Of a stretch of DNA of 61,360 nt, positions 1 through 9,837 are shown piece by piece. Below the pieces are notes generated by a model. That model made no database searches and was not told the DNA's origin. It saw only the letters and a list, made by a program, of their open reading frames with translations. The first letter of the stretch is position 1, and each line of letters starts with the position of its first letter. Origin of the DNA: Myxococcota bacterium (GTDB lineage: Bacteria > Myxococcota_A > Polyangia > Fen-1088); NCBI GenBank assembly GCA_025934105.1, contig JAICYS010000003.1, positions 1 to 61,360 of the forward strand. Direction: 5' to 3'. The translations under genes were made by a program, and so were the position numbers.

Positions 1-161
1 CCCGCCGCGACACCGCCGAGCGGGTGGCCCGTTCCGCCGCCAGCGCCACCCGAGCCGCCCGCCTCGGCCGGGCCGCTGCCGCCTCCGCAGGCGAGCGGCG
101 CGAGGAGTACGAGCAGCGCGAACCGACGACGCGAAGGACCCAGCGACGAGCGAACGGTCAT
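1..161 (-). CDS. Partial (5' end only) lipoprotein with Gly/Ser-rich linker
   Basis: Not in the ORF track because it runs off the window. ATG at 161 reads [43 protein letters not shown]: basic N-region, hydrophobic core, lipobox LAC, Gly-rich linker. Confidence 0.75.
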   Translation of the reverse strand, partial: MTVRSSLGPSRRRFALLVLLAPLACGGGSGPAEAGGSGGAGGGTGHPLGGVAA

Positions 162-222
162 CGATGACGCTCCGGGTGCACTATACGCTGGCGCTCTGAA
201 CCCGGATAGACTCGACGGCGCG

Positions 223-1821
223 ATGTCCGACGAGGGAAAGACCTTCGAGACGCTTTCCGGCATCCCGCTCCAGCCCACTTACGGGCCGGCCGACCTGGGG
301 CCCGGCTGGCGGTACGACGAGAAGTTGGGCGACCCCGGCCAGTATCCGTTCACGCGCGGGCCGCACGCGAGCATGTATCGGGGAAGGCTCTGGACGATGC
401 GCATGTTCTCGGGATTCGGCACGCCCGAGGACACCAACCGGCGGTTCCAATTCCTCCTCGGCCACGGGCAAACCGGGCTCTCGACGGCGTTCGACATGCC
501 GACGCTGATGGGGCTGGATCCGGACGACCCGCGCTCGGCCGGCGAGGTCGGGCGCGAAGGCGTGTCGGTCGCGTCGGTGGCCGACATGGAGCGCCTGTTC
601 GCCGGAATCCCGCTGGACCAGGTCAGCACGTCCATGACGATCAACGCACCGGCGGTGGCGCTGCTGGCCTTCTACGTCGTCGCGGCCGAGCGCCGGGGGA
701 TCTCGCCGGACCGGCTGGCGGGGACGATCCAGAACGACATGCTGAAGGAGTTCATCGCCCAAAAAGAGTGGATCTGCGGCGTGCGGCCGCACCTGCGCAT
801 CATGCGCGACATGCTGGTGACCTGCACCCGGCGCATGCCGCGCTGGAACACGGTCAGCGTCAGCGGCTACCACATTCGCGAGGCGGGCGCGACCGCGGTC
901 CAGGAGCTGGCGTTCACGCTGGCCGACGGCATCGGCTACGTCGAGCTGGGGCGCGACGCGGGGCTGGACGTCGATGAGTTCGCGCCCCGGTTGTCCTTCT
1001 TCTGGGACGTGCACAGCGACTTTTTCGAGGAGATTGCCAAGATGCGCGCCGCGCGCCGCATGTGGGCGCGCCTCATGCGCGAGCGGTTCGGGGCGCGCAA
1101 CCCGCGGTCGTGGCTGCTGCGGGCCCACGCGCAGACGGCCGGCGTGTCGCTGGTCGCGCAGCAGCCGCTGAACAACATCGTGCGCACCGCCATCCAGGCG
1201 CTGGCGGCCGTGCTGGGCGGGACGCAGTCGCTGCACACGAACTCGTACGACGAAACCTACGCGCTGCCGACGGAAGAGGCCGCGACCGTCGCGCTGCGCA
1301 CGCAGCAGATCGTCGCCGAGGAGACCGGGGTGGCGTCGGTGGCCGATCCGCTGGGAGGAAGCTACTACCTCGAGTCTCTGACCGATCGCATCGAAGCCGA
1401 GGCCAACACGATCCTGGCGCAGATCGACGAGCTGGGCGGCATCGTGCGGGCCGTCGAGAGCGGCTGGCCGCAGCGCGAGATCGCACGCAGCGCCTACCGG
1501 ACGCAGCGGCAGATCGACAGCGGGCAGCGCGGGGTGGTCGGCGTCAACCGCCACACGGGCGGGCCGCCCGCGCGCATTCCGACGCTGAGGATCGACGACC
1601 AGCCGGAGCGGGCGCAGGTCGCCGCGACGGCCGAGCTGCGCGCGCGCCGGGACGCCAGCGCGGTCGCCCAGGCGCTGACGGAGGTTCGGCGCGTCGCGGA
1701 AGGCGACGGCAACCTCATGGACGCGGTGGTCGAGGCGGCGCGGCGCGACGCGACGCTCGGCGAAATCTGCCGCGTGTTTCGCGACGTGTTCGGTGAATAT
1801 CGCGACCCGGCGGAGGTCTAA
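223..1821 (+). CDS. AdoCbl-dependent acyl-CoA mutase, large (substrate-binding) subunit; isobutyryl-CoA mutase-like
   Basis: [45 protein letters not shown] motifs. No C-terminal B12-binding domain. F and Q at the specificity positions. Confidence 0.9.
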   Translation: MSDEGKTFETLSGIPLQPTYGPADLGPGWRYDEKLGDPGQYPFTRGPHASMYRGRLWTMRMFSGFGTPEDTNRRFQFLLGHGQTGLSTAFDMPTLMGLDPDDPRSAGEVGREGVSVASVADMERLFAGIPLDQVSTSMTINAPAVALLAFYVVAAERRGISPDRLAGTIQNDMLKEFIAQKEWICGVRPHLRIMRDMLVTCTRRMPRWNTVSVSGYHIREAGATAVQELAFTLADGIGYVELGRDAGLDVDEFAPRLSFFWDVHSDFFEEIAKMRAARRMWARLMRERFGARNPRSWLLRAHAQTAGVSLVAQQPLNNIVRTAIQALAAVLGGTQSLHTNSYDETYALPTEEAATVALRTQQIVAEETGVASVADPLGGSYYLESLTDRIEAEANTILAQIDELGGIVRAVESGWPQREIARSAYRTQRQIDSGQRGVVGVNRHTGGPPARIPTLRIDDQPERAQVAATAELRARRDASAVAQALTEVRRVAEGDGNLMDAVVEAARRDATLGEICRVFRDVFGEYRDPAEV

Positions 1822-1839
1822 GCGCGCTAAGGTTAGAAC

Positions 1840-2328
1840 ATGTCGACGCCGGCAGTGGGACAGGACATCGAGGCGCCGTGCGGGAAGTGCGGCCAGGTCT
1901 GGCACGTCGTGATGGCCAAGATGGGCGACCGCATCGCCAAGGTCGTGTGCAAGCGCTGCGGCGGCCACCACCGGTATCGCACCGAGGGAGAAGACGTGAA
2001 CGAGACCGCGCGTCCCGGCCGGACGCGGACCATCACGGGCTCGCGGCCGCGCGCCGGCACGCCGGCCCCGGTGTTGGCCGCGCCTCCCTTCGATCCCTCG
2101 AAGCCGGCCCGTCCCTACGCCGTCGGCGCTCAGTACACGGCCGGCGAGCGGATCGCGCACCCGCAGTTCGGCGTCGGGGTGGTGGCCGGCTCGCCCGGCT
2201 CGGGCAAGATCGACGTGGTCTTCCCCACCGGCGCGCGCGTGCTGGCCGTCGCCAAGTCGGCTTCCAGCCTGGCGCGGCCGATCGCCGTCGTCGTGCCGGT
2301 CGCGGATCGCCCGCCGCCGCCCAAGTGA
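1840..2328 (+). CDS. Hypothetical protein: N-terminal Zn-ribbon (CGKC...CKRC) plus C-terminal Tudor/SH3-like domain
   Basis: Two CxxC pairs. C-terminal YTAGERIAHPQFGVGVV resembles the PcrA/UvrD C-terminal Tudor-like motif. High GC3 codon usage. Confidence 0.75.
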   Translation: MSTPAVGQDIEAPCGKCGQVWHVVMAKMGDRIAKVVCKRCGGHHRYRTEGEDVNETARPGRTRTITGSRPRAGTPAPVLAAPPFDPSKPARPYAVGAQYTAGERIAHPQFGVGVVAGSPGSGKIDVVFPTGARVLAVAKSASSLARPIAVVVPVADRPPPPK

Positions 2329-3599
2329 GGGGCGCCCCGTCGCTGCCGCGGGTTCAGCTACGCAAGCCGCTGGCCCGCGCCATCCGCCAGGGGCATCCCT
2401 GGATCTACCGCGACGCCCTGGCGCCGGGCCCGCCGCTGCCCGACGGCGCGCTGGTCCTGGTCGCCGATCAGGCGCGGCGGCCGCTGGCGCGCGGCTACTG
2501 GGACGCGCGCTCGCCGATCGCCGTCCGCGTGCTGGGCGGCGCCGAGCTGGCCGACGCCTCCGCCGAGGTCGCGGCGCGCGTCGACCGCGCGCTGGCGCGC
2601 CGCCTGGAAGGGCTGGACCGCGCCCTCTCCCCGTCGACGGAGCCGGGCTTTGTCGGGCCAAGTCCCGGCGGGAGGTCCGAGGAACCTTTCCAGCGTTCCT
2701 GGCCGACCGACGCGTTCCGCTGGATCCACGGCGAGGCCGACGGGCTGCCGGGCCTCCACGTCGACGTCTACGGGCCGGCCGTCACGGTGCGCTACGACGG
2801 CGCGGGGGCGCGCGCGTTTTACGACGGGTTGCCGGCGCGGCTGCAGCAGATCGGCCGCGCGCGAGGACTGCCGGTCACCGCCGTCGTCGAGCGGCGCGCG
2901 CGCGGCGCCACCGGCGACGGCGCGGCGGTGGTGCTGGGCCGGCTGCCCGACGGCGAGCTGGAGGTGCGCGAAAACGGCCTGCGATTCGGCGCCGACCTCC
3001 GGCATGGGCAGAAAGGCGGCCTGTTTCTGGACCAGCGCGAGAACCGGGCGCTGGTGCGCGGGATGGCGAACGGGCGGCGCGTGCTGAACCTGTTCGGGTA
3101 CACGGGGGCCTTCTCGATCTACGCGGCCGCCGGCGGCGCGCGCGAGACCACGACCGTCGACGTCGCCGCGCCGGCCATCGAGGCGGCGCGGCGCAACTTC
3201 GCGCGCAACGGCCTGCCGCAGGAGGCGGCCCGGTTCGCGGCCGAGGACGCGTTCGCCTTCCTGGCGCGGGCCGCCCAGGCCGGCGAGCGCTGGGACCTGG
3301 TGATCTCGGACCCGCCCAGCTTCGCGTCCAGCGGCCGCGCCCTGACGACGGGCCTGGCCGCCTATCGCCGCCTGCACCGCCTCTGCGTCATGGTGACCGC
3401 CCCCGGCGGGACTTTGTGCGCGGCCTCCTGTTCCAGCCACGTCGATCGCGCGGCGTTCGCGGCCACTTTGCGCGACGGGGCCCGCGACGCCGGGCGGCGG
3501 GCGGACGTGCGGGAGATGCGGGGCGCCGGGTTCGACCACCCGACCGTTGCGCAGTTTCCGGAAGGCGATTACCTGAAATTCGCCGTCGCCGGCCTATGA
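2325..3599 (+). CDS. RlmI/RlmK-family class I SAM-dependent rRNA methyltransferase (PUA + MTase)
   Basis: GHPWIY, HGEADGLPG, GQKGGLFLDQRENR, VLNLFGYTGAF, DPPSF, FPEGDYLK. GTG start at 2325 overlaps the upstream TGA. Confidence 0.88.
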   Translation: MRGAPSLPRVQLRKPLARAIRQGHPWIYRDALAPGPPLPDGALVLVADQARRPLARGYWDARSPIAVRVLGGAELADASAEVAARVDRALARRLEGLDRALSPSTEPGFVGPSPGGRSEEPFQRSWPTDAFRWIHGEADGLPGLHVDVYGPAVTVRYDGAGARAFYDGLPARLQQIGRARGLPVTAVVERRARGATGDGAAVVLGRLPDGELEVRENGLRFGADLRHGQKGGLFLDQRENRALVRGMANGRRVLNLFGYTGAFSIYAAAGGARETTTVDVAAPAIEAARRNFARNGLPQEAARFAAEDAFAFLARAAQAGERWDLVISDPPSFASSGRALTTGLAAYRRLHRLCVMVTAPGGTLCAASCSSHVDRAAFAATLRDGARDAGRRADVREMRGAGFDHPTVAQFPEGDYLKFAVAGL

Positions 3600-3608
3600 T
3601 GGGCGGCC

Positions 3609-4340
3609 ATGGCCGCCGCGGATTCCGAAGACCCGACGCTGCCGACCCCGGTCCATCCGGGTCCCCGCGGCGAGCCGGAGCCCATCGCCGCCGCGCGCCC
3701 CGAGGAGCTGGCCAGCGGCGCCTACCGCTGGACCATCGGGCTCGGCCTGGCGGCGATCCAGTCGGCGATCTACTTCGGCGTCGGGCACGCGCACCTGTCC
3801 CGCTCGACCGAGCTGCTGCGCACGCGCCTCGACGATGCCATCCCCTTCTGGCCGTGGACCTCCTGGTGCTACCTGCCCTTTTACGCGGCGACGTTCCTGC
3901 TCGCGGTGGGCGGGTTCCGCCGGCGGGTGCTCTTCAACGGCGCGGCGGGCGGGGTGGTGCTGGTGATGATCCTGGGCGCGCTCGGCCACGTGTTCGTCGG
4001 CGCCGAGTACCCGCGCCCGATCCTCTACCCGCCCTATCCCAACCTGTCGTACGCGTTCATGGCCTGGGTGCAGCACGTCGACCCGCCGGGCAACGTGTTC
4101 CCGTCGCTGCACGTGGCGCACACGACGATGCTGGCAATGCTGCTGATCCGGGATCGGCCGCGCTTGGGGCGGGTGGCGCTGGTGATGGCCACCATGCTGG
4201 CCGCCTCCACGCTGACCACCAAGCAGCACTTCGTGGCGGACGTGGCAGGCGGGTACGCGCTGGCGTTCCTGGGCCGCGCCTTCGCGCTTTCCAGGTTTTC
4301 TATTTGGCCGGCGTCTTGGCGGCGCGCGCGGCCGCGCTGA
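3609..4340 (+). CDS. PAP2-superfamily membrane phosphatase/phosphotransferase
   Basis: Multiple TM segments, NVFPSLHVA and TKQHFVADV motifs. Confidence 0.8.
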   Translation: MAAADSEDPTLPTPVHPGPRGEPEPIAAARPEELASGAYRWTIGLGLAAIQSAIYFGVGHAHLSRSTELLRTRLDDAIPFWPWTSWCYLPFYAATFLLAVGGFRRRVLFNGAAGGVVLVMILGALGHVFVGAEYPRPILYPPYPNLSYAFMAWVQHVDPPGNVFPSLHVAHTTMLAMLLIRDRPRLGRVALVMATMLAASTLTTKQHFVADVAGGYALAFLGRAFALSRFSIWPASWRRARPR

Positions 4341-5847
4341 TGGGAGCCTTGTAGTTGATCCGCTGGTAGGCGACGCCGCTGCGGGCCAGGGCCGGCTCGA
4401 TCACGTCGCCCTTGCCGACGATGACGACGATCAGCGTGTCGGGGTGCAGGAAATCGTGCGCCGCCGCCTTGGCCTGCGCTTCGTCGACGGCGGCCAGGCG
4501 CAGCGGCAGGTCGCGGACGTAGGCGTCGCCCAGGCCGTGCTGCTGGGCGGTGACCAGGGCCGCCGCGATCCCGGCGGCGGTCTGCAGGCTGAACGGGTAG
4601 CTTCCGGCGTAGTAGCCCTTGGCCTTGTCCAGCTCGGGGGCTGTCGGCCCGTCGGCCTGCATGCGGCGGATCTCGTTGACGGAGGCCACCAGCGCGTCCC
4701 ACGCGGACTCGTTCTTGGTGGCGGCGCTGACCCGGAACGCCCCCTGGTAGAGCGAGCTGCCAAAGCTGGACCCGATGCCGTAGGTGAGGCCGCGCTTCGA
4801 GCGGACCTCGGTCATGAGCCGCGACGAAAAGTCGGACCCGCCCAGCACGTAGTTCATCAACGTGACCGCGTACCAGTGGGGATCGGCGTGGCGGATGCCG
4901 GCGTGCCCCAGCACCAGGGTGGCCTGGGTCAGGTCGGGCTTGTCGACCAGCAGCATGTGCGTGCCGGCGACCGGCGGGACGGTCCAGACCGGCCGCGCCG
5001 GCGCCTGGCCGCGCGTCCACCCGCGGAAGCTCTTCTCGATCTGCCCGCGCAGGTGGCCGGCGTCGACGTCGCCCGCCACCGCCAGGATGGCGCGGTTCGG
5101 CTTGTAAAACGTCTGCCAGAACTTCACCAGCGCCGGCCGATCGATCTTCTTCACGTCGTCGGCGGTCAGGATCCAGCCGTCCGGGTGGTCCTCGCCGAAC
5201 AGCTGGTTGTCGAAGTGGGCGCTGGCCAGCTCGCCCGGGCTGTCGAAGCGCGAGGCCACGGCGGCGAGCATTTGATCGCGCACCTCGCCCATCTCTTTTT
5301 CGGGGAAGGACGGGTGCAAGAGCACGTCGGACAGCAGGTCCAGGCAGAGCCCGCCGTCCTTGGCCAGCGCCGAGCAGGCGACGCTGGTCGCCTCGTTGCT
5401 GGACTGGGCGTCCAGCGTGCCGCCCACGAAGTCGATGGCGCGCGAGATCTCGTCGGCCGTGCGCCGCTTCGTCCCCTTGCGCAGCATGGCCGCGACGAAG
5501 TCCGACACGCCCAGTGTCTGGCGGGTCTCGTCGTAGCCGCCGGCCTCCACCGCCAGTCCGAAGCTGACCACCGGCAGGTCCTTGCGCGCCACGACGATCA
5601 CCTGCAGGCCGTTGGACAGCGTGAACCGATCGATCTTCGGCAGCGCCAGGGCGGCCGGCTTGGGTGGCGGCGGCGCCTGGATCAGGTCCTTGCGGTTGGC
5701 CCAGAACGTCGCGGCCCCGCCGGCCGGCGTGGCCGGCGCGTTCGATTCGTACTGCACCTCGACGGAGCCGGCCGGCGCCGCCGGTTTGGGCGGGGCGCTG
5801 GCGCACCCCAGCCCCAGCGCCAAACAAACCACCAGCGCGCGCTTCAC
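4300..5847 (-). CDS. M16B zinc peptidase, non-metal-binding subunit, lipoprotein
   Basis: GTG at 5847 overlaps the upstream TGA. Lipobox LGC. Lacks HXXEH but has the VRSKRGLTY R/Y pair. Confidence 0.85.
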   Translation of the reverse strand: MKRALVVCLALGLGCASAPPKPAAPAGSVEVQYESNAPATPAGGAATFWANRKDLIQAPPPPKPAALALPKIDRFTLSNGLQVIVVARKDLPVVSFGLAVEAGGYDETRQTLGVSDFVAAMLRKGTKRRTADEISRAIDFVGGTLDAQSSNEATSVACSALAKDGGLCLDLLSDVLLHPSFPEKEMGEVRDQMLAAVASRFDSPGELASAHFDNQLFGEDHPDGWILTADDVKKIDRPALVKFWQTFYKPNRAILAVAGDVDAGHLRGQIEKSFRGWTRGQAPARPVWTVPPVAGTHMLLVDKPDLTQATLVLGHAGIRHADPHWYAVTLMNYVLGGSDFSSRLMTEVRSKRGLTYGIGSSFGSSLYQGAFRVSAATKNESAWDALVASVNEIRRMQADGPTAPELDKAKGYYAGSYPFSLQTAAGIAAALVTAQQHGLGDAYVRDLPLRLAAVDEAQAKAAAHDFLHPDTLIVVIVGKGDVIEPALARSGVAYQRINYKAPISAAARAAKTPAK

Positions 5848-7265
5848 GGCTTGCTCCCGGGGCTGACGCCGGTGGCGGGCGGCGGCATGGGCGCGCCCGG
5901 CGGCACCAGCGTCACGCGCGTGAAGTTGGTGTCGACCAGATACTTCTTGGCCACGCGCTGGACGTCGTCGGCGGTGACGGCCAGGTAGCGGCTGGCCCCC
6001 TCGATGAAGCGATGCCAGTCGCCCTCGACGTACTGGGCCAGTCCCAGGCGCTGGGCGATGCCGTCGACGGTCTCCAGGCCGAAGATGAACCCGGCCGAGA
6101 GCTGGTTCTTGGCCCGGTCCAGCTCGTCGCCGGCGACCGGCGCGTCGCGCACGCGCGCGATCTCCTCGGACAGCGCGGCCTGAACCTTGGCGCCGTCCTT
6201 GTCGGGCAGGTAGGCGGCGTAGACGATGAACAGCCCCGGGTCCTCCATGGACTCGGTGACGCCGCCGGCCGCGATAGCCAGGTGGTCGTGGCGGACCAGC
6301 CGCTGGGGCAAACGCGACGAATCGCCGGCCGACAGGATCGTCGCCAGCACCTCCAGCGCCGGGACGTCGGCATCGGCGGCGCGCGGGATGTGGTAGCCGC
6401 CGACGATCACCGGGATCTGCACCTCCATCTGCATGGTGGCGGTGCGCGGGGCGGTCTGCGGCGGCTCCGCCGGGTAGTCGCGCGGCGGCTGCGGGCCGCG
6501 CGGAATCGCGCCGAAGTGCTGGTCGACCAGCTTGCGGACCGCCTGCTCGTCCAGGTCGCCGACCACGATCAACGTCGCGTTGTTCGGCTGGTAATAGGTG
6601 TCGTAAAAGCGCTGGCATTCGGCCGGGGTCACCTTCTCGAGGTCCTCGATCGTGCCGATGGCGGTCCAGTTGTACGGGTGGCGGGTGTAGGCCAGCGCGC
6701 GGAAGCGCTCGATGGCCTTGCCGACCGGATCGTTGTCGACGCGCAGCCGCTTTTCTTCCTCGACCACGTGCCGCTCGGAGTCGATGGTGGCGGGGAAGAG
6801 CTTCAGGTTCCGCATCCGCTCGGCCTCCAGCTCCAGCGCGAAGCCGACGTAGGAGGGCGGCACGGTGTCGTGGTAGGCGGTCACGTCCTCGGTCGTGAAG
6901 GCGTTGACCGAGCCGCCCACCTCTTTCAGCAGGCGGGCGTGCTCCTCGGGCGGGACGTGCGTCGACCCCTTGAACATGAGGTGCTCGAACATGTGCGCGA
7001 CGCCGCGGATCCCGACGTGCTCGTCCTTGGATCCCACATGGTAGAAAACCTGCACCGTGGCGATCGGCGCCTTGTGATCGGCCAGGAATAGGACCTGCAG
7101 GCCGTTGGCCAGCGACCAGTTCTTGACGTCCAGATGCGGCGCCGGCACCGTCGCCGTGGTGGCCTTCTCGGCTTTGGCCGGCTTGGCCGGCTTGGCGGCG
7201 CGCGCGGACGCCGCCAGGCCAATGGCCAGCGCCGCTCCGACGGCGAAAGATCGAACACGAGGCAC
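5844..7265 (-). CDS. M16B zinc peptidase, catalytic subunit, exported
   Basis: Signal peptide, GVAHMFEHLMFKG (HXXEH), NAFT, ERHVVEEE, YYQPNNA. Confidence 0.9.
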   Translation of the reverse strand: MPRVRSFAVGAALAIGLAASARAAKPAKPAKAEKATTATVPAPHLDVKNWSLANGLQVLFLADHKAPIATVQVFYHVGSKDEHVGIRGVAHMFEHLMFKGSTHVPPEEHARLLKEVGGSVNAFTTEDVTAYHDTVPPSYVGFALELEAERMRNLKLFPATIDSERHVVEEEKRLRVDNDPVGKAIERFRALAYTRHPYNWTAIGTIEDLEKVTPAECQRFYDTYYQPNNATLIVVGDLDEQAVRKLVDQHFGAIPRGPQPPRDYPAEPPQTAPRTATMQMEVQIPVIVGGYHIPRAADADVPALEVLATILSAGDSSRLPQRLVRHDHLAIAAGGVTESMEDPGLFIVYAAYLPDKDGAKVQAALSEEIARVRDAPVAGDELDRAKNQLSAGFIFGLETVDGIAQRLGLAQYVEGDWHRFIEGASRYLAVTADDVQRVAKKYLVDTNFTRVTLVPPGAPMPPPATGVSPGSKP

Positions 7266-7298
7266 GGTCGCGCGCGACTATGCCACACTAGCCGCGCG

Positions 7299-8303
7299 AT
7301 GTCGGTCGCCATCGAAATCATCGAGAGCCGCGCCCTGGCCGGCAATCCGCTCGGCGACCCGACCGCGCGGCGGGTCGCCGTCTGGCTGCCGCCGTCCTAC
7401 GCGCGCTCGCCCGAGCGGCGCTACCCGCTCATCGTCTGGCTGGCCGGTTACGCCGGGACGGGCGAGATGATGTTTTCGGGAACGCCCTGGCAACCGGGCC
7501 TCGGCGAGCGGCTCGACCGCCTGGTGGCCGCCGGCAAGATGGGAGAGGCGATCGTCGCCGCCCCCGACTGCTTCACCCGCTGGGGCGGCGCGCAGTACCT
7601 GGATTCTCCCGCCGTCGGAAATTACGAGACCCATCTGGTCGACGAAGTGATCCCGGCGCTGGACCAGCGCCTCCGCACCACCGCCGCGCGCGAGGGGCGG
7701 GCCGTCGGCGGCAAGTCGTCGGGCGGGTTCGGCGCGCTGGTGCTGGCCATGCGCCATCCGGACCTGTTCTCGGCGGTGGCCAGCCATGCCGGCGACATGG
7801 CCTTCGAGCTGTCGCTGCTGCCCGACCTGCCGGTGGCCGCGCGCACGCTGCGGCGCCACGGCGGCCTCACGCGGTTCCTGGCGGATTTCGAAGCGCGCGA
7901 AAAGAAGTCCGGCGACGCCTTCGCGACCGTCATGGTGCTGGCCACGGCGGGCGCCTACTCGCCCGATCCGGCGCGCGACCACGGGATCGCGCTGCCGTTC
8001 GACGTCGAGACGGGCGAGATCGACTGGGACGTCTGGCGGCGCTGGAAGGCCTGGGATCCGATCGAGCTGGCCGGCGCGCACGCCCCGGCGCTGCGCCGGA
8101 TGAAGCTGATCTACCTCGACGCCGGCACGCGCGACGAGCACAACCTGGACCTGGGCGCGCGCATCTTGGCGCGCCGCCTGCGCCAGCTGGGCATCGCCTG
8201 CGAGCACCAGGAATTCGACGACGGCCACCGGTCGACCGCCTACCGCTACGACGTGTCGCTTCCGTTGCTGGCGGCCGCCATCGGCGCGCCGCCGAAGGGG
8301 TGA
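7299..8303 (+). CDS. Putative esterase (alpha/beta hydrolase, Fes/FrmB-like)
   Basis: VWLPPSY, GGKSSGG nucleophile elbow, DAGTRDE, FDDGH. Confidence 0.82.
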   Translation: MSVAIEIIESRALAGNPLGDPTARRVAVWLPPSYARSPERRYPLIVWLAGYAGTGEMMFSGTPWQPGLGERLDRLVAAGKMGEAIVAAPDCFTRWGGAQYLDSPAVGNYETHLVDEVIPALDQRLRTTAAREGRAVGGKSSGGFGALVLAMRHPDLFSAVASHAGDMAFELSLLPDLPVAARTLRRHGGLTRFLADFEAREKKSGDAFATVMVLATAGAYSPDPARDHGIALPFDVETGEIDWDVWRRWKAWDPIELAGAHAPALRRMKLIYLDAGTRDEHNLDLGARILARRLRQLGIACEHQEFDDGHRSTAYRYDVSLPLLAAAIGAPPKG

Positions 8304-9682
8304 CGCCGATGCGCGCGGGCGACCGGGTCGCGCTTCGGTGCGCGGATCTTGACGACGACGGAGCCGGCATCGGCGAGATCGGCGGCGTCACGCTGCACGT
8401 GGCCGGCGCGCTGCCCGCCGAAGAGGTGGAGGCCCGCGTGGCGCACGTGTCGGGCCACGCGCCGGCCGCCTGGGGCGAGCTGCGCCAGGTGGTCGCCGCC
8501 TCGCCGGATCGGCGCCCGCCGGTCTGTCCCGGGTTCGGGCGATGCGGCGGCTGCGCCCTCCAGCATCTGGCCCCCGAGGCCCAGCTCGCCTGGAAGCGGG
8601 CGCGCGTCGTGCGCGCGCTGGGCGCGCACGCGGTGCTGGGCGCGATCGAGGTCGGGCCGCCGGTCGCGTCGGCGCGGCTCCTCGGCTACCGGAACAACGC
8701 CAAGCTGGTGGTCGGGCGCGGGCACGGCGGCGCCGTGCTGGGCGGCTACGCGCCGCGCAGCCACGACCTGGTCGACCTCGCCGGCTGTCGGGTGGTCGAG
8801 CCGGCGCTGGACGCCGTCGCCGCCGAGCTGCGGCGCCTGGTCGACGGGCTGGGGATCGAGATCTACGACGAACGGAGGCTGAGCGGGCGGCTGCGCCACG
8901 CGGTGCTGCGCTCGAACCACGCCGGCCAGGTGCTGTGCACGCTGGTGGTGGCGCGCCCGCTGCCCGACGGGCCCGAGCTGGGCGCCCGCCTGCGCGCCGC
9001 GCGCGCGGAGGTGGCCGGCGTCGTCGAGCACCAGAACCTGACCCGCGGCAACGCCATCTTCGCGGACGGCGGCCCCGAGCGCGTCCTGGCCGGCGCGGCC
9101 GAACTGGAAGATCGCTTGCTGATCGGCGAGCGGACGTTGCGGGTCAAGTTGACGTCCGGCGCGTTCTTCCAGGCCAACCGCGACGTCGCCGGGCTGGCCT
9201 ACGCGGCGATGGTCGAGGCGCTGGCGGTTGGCCGCTCCGAACGCGTGGTCGACGCCTACTCCGGCGTGGGCGGCATCGGCCTGGCGCTGGCCCCCGCCGC
9301 GGCCGAGGTCATCGGCATCGAGTCGAACGCGGCGGCCGTCGCCAACGCCGCCGCCGCGGCGTCGTACAACGCCATCGGCAACGCGCGCTTCGTCGCCGGC
9401 GACGCCGCCGCGGTCCTGGCCACCGTCGACCGCGCCGACGTCGTGGTGGTCAACCCGCCCCGCAAGGGCTGCGCCCCCCAGGCGCTGGCGCAGGTCGCGC
9501 GCCTGCGGCCGCGGGCGGTCGGCTACCTCTCGTGCGATCCCGACACCCTGGCGCGCGACCTGGCCCGGCTGGCGGCGGCCGGCTACCAGCCGCGCGCGCT
9601 CACCCCCTACGACATGCTCCCCCACACGACGCACGTCGAGACGCTGGCCATCCTGGACCGCGTGGACGGCCGGAGCGTCTGA
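8300..9682 (+). CDS. rlmD: 23S rRNA m5U methyltransferase, RlmD/TrmA family
   Basis: TRAM-like N-terminus, CPGFGRCGGC Fe-S motif, FFQAN, DAYSGVGGIG, NPPRKG, YLSCDP, PHTTHVE. Confidence 0.85.
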   Translation: MTPMRAGDRVALRCADLDDDGAGIGEIGGVTLHVAGALPAEEVEARVAHVSGHAPAAWGELRQVVAASPDRRPPVCPGFGRCGGCALQHLAPEAQLAWKRARVVRALGAHAVLGAIEVGPPVASARLLGYRNNAKLVVGRGHGGAVLGGYAPRSHDLVDLAGCRVVEPALDAVAAELRRLVDGLGIEIYDERRLSGRLRHAVLRSNHAGQVLCTLVVARPLPDGPELGARLRAARAEVAGVVEHQNLTRGNAIFADGGPERVLAGAAELEDRLLIGERTLRVKLTSGAFFQANRDVAGLAYAAMVEALAVGRSERVVDAYSGVGGIGLALAPAAAEVIGIESNAAAVANAAAAASYNAIGNARFVAGDAAAVLATVDRADVVVVNPPRKGCAPQALAQVARLRPRAVGYLSCDPDTLARDLARLAAAGYQPRALTPYDMLPHTTHVETLAILDRVDGRSV

Positions 9683-9814
9683 CCGGCGGCCGCTGAAAGC
9701 TCTCCGCTCCGCCGAATCCGGGACGCCCGTCTGTTCGCTCGGTCCAGCGTCCTCCGCGGGCTGCTCGGCCGCCTCCGGACGGCACGTCGTCGGGCATGGT
9801 TCGCTGCCGCCCAC

Positions 9815-9832
9815 CGTTGCCTTAGGGCAACG
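9815..9832. terminator. Short hairpin between convergent genes
   Basis: CGTTGCC-TTAG-GGCAACG, 7-bp stem. No U-tract. Confidence 0.35.
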
Positions 9833-9837
9833 CCGTC

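Noticed and set aside
95-185. Possible third MITE copy (CGAGGAGTAC...GGTGCACTA)
   Set aside because: Only short matches, no paired terminal repeat, and the region is better explained as the start of the minus-strand lipoprotein gene.
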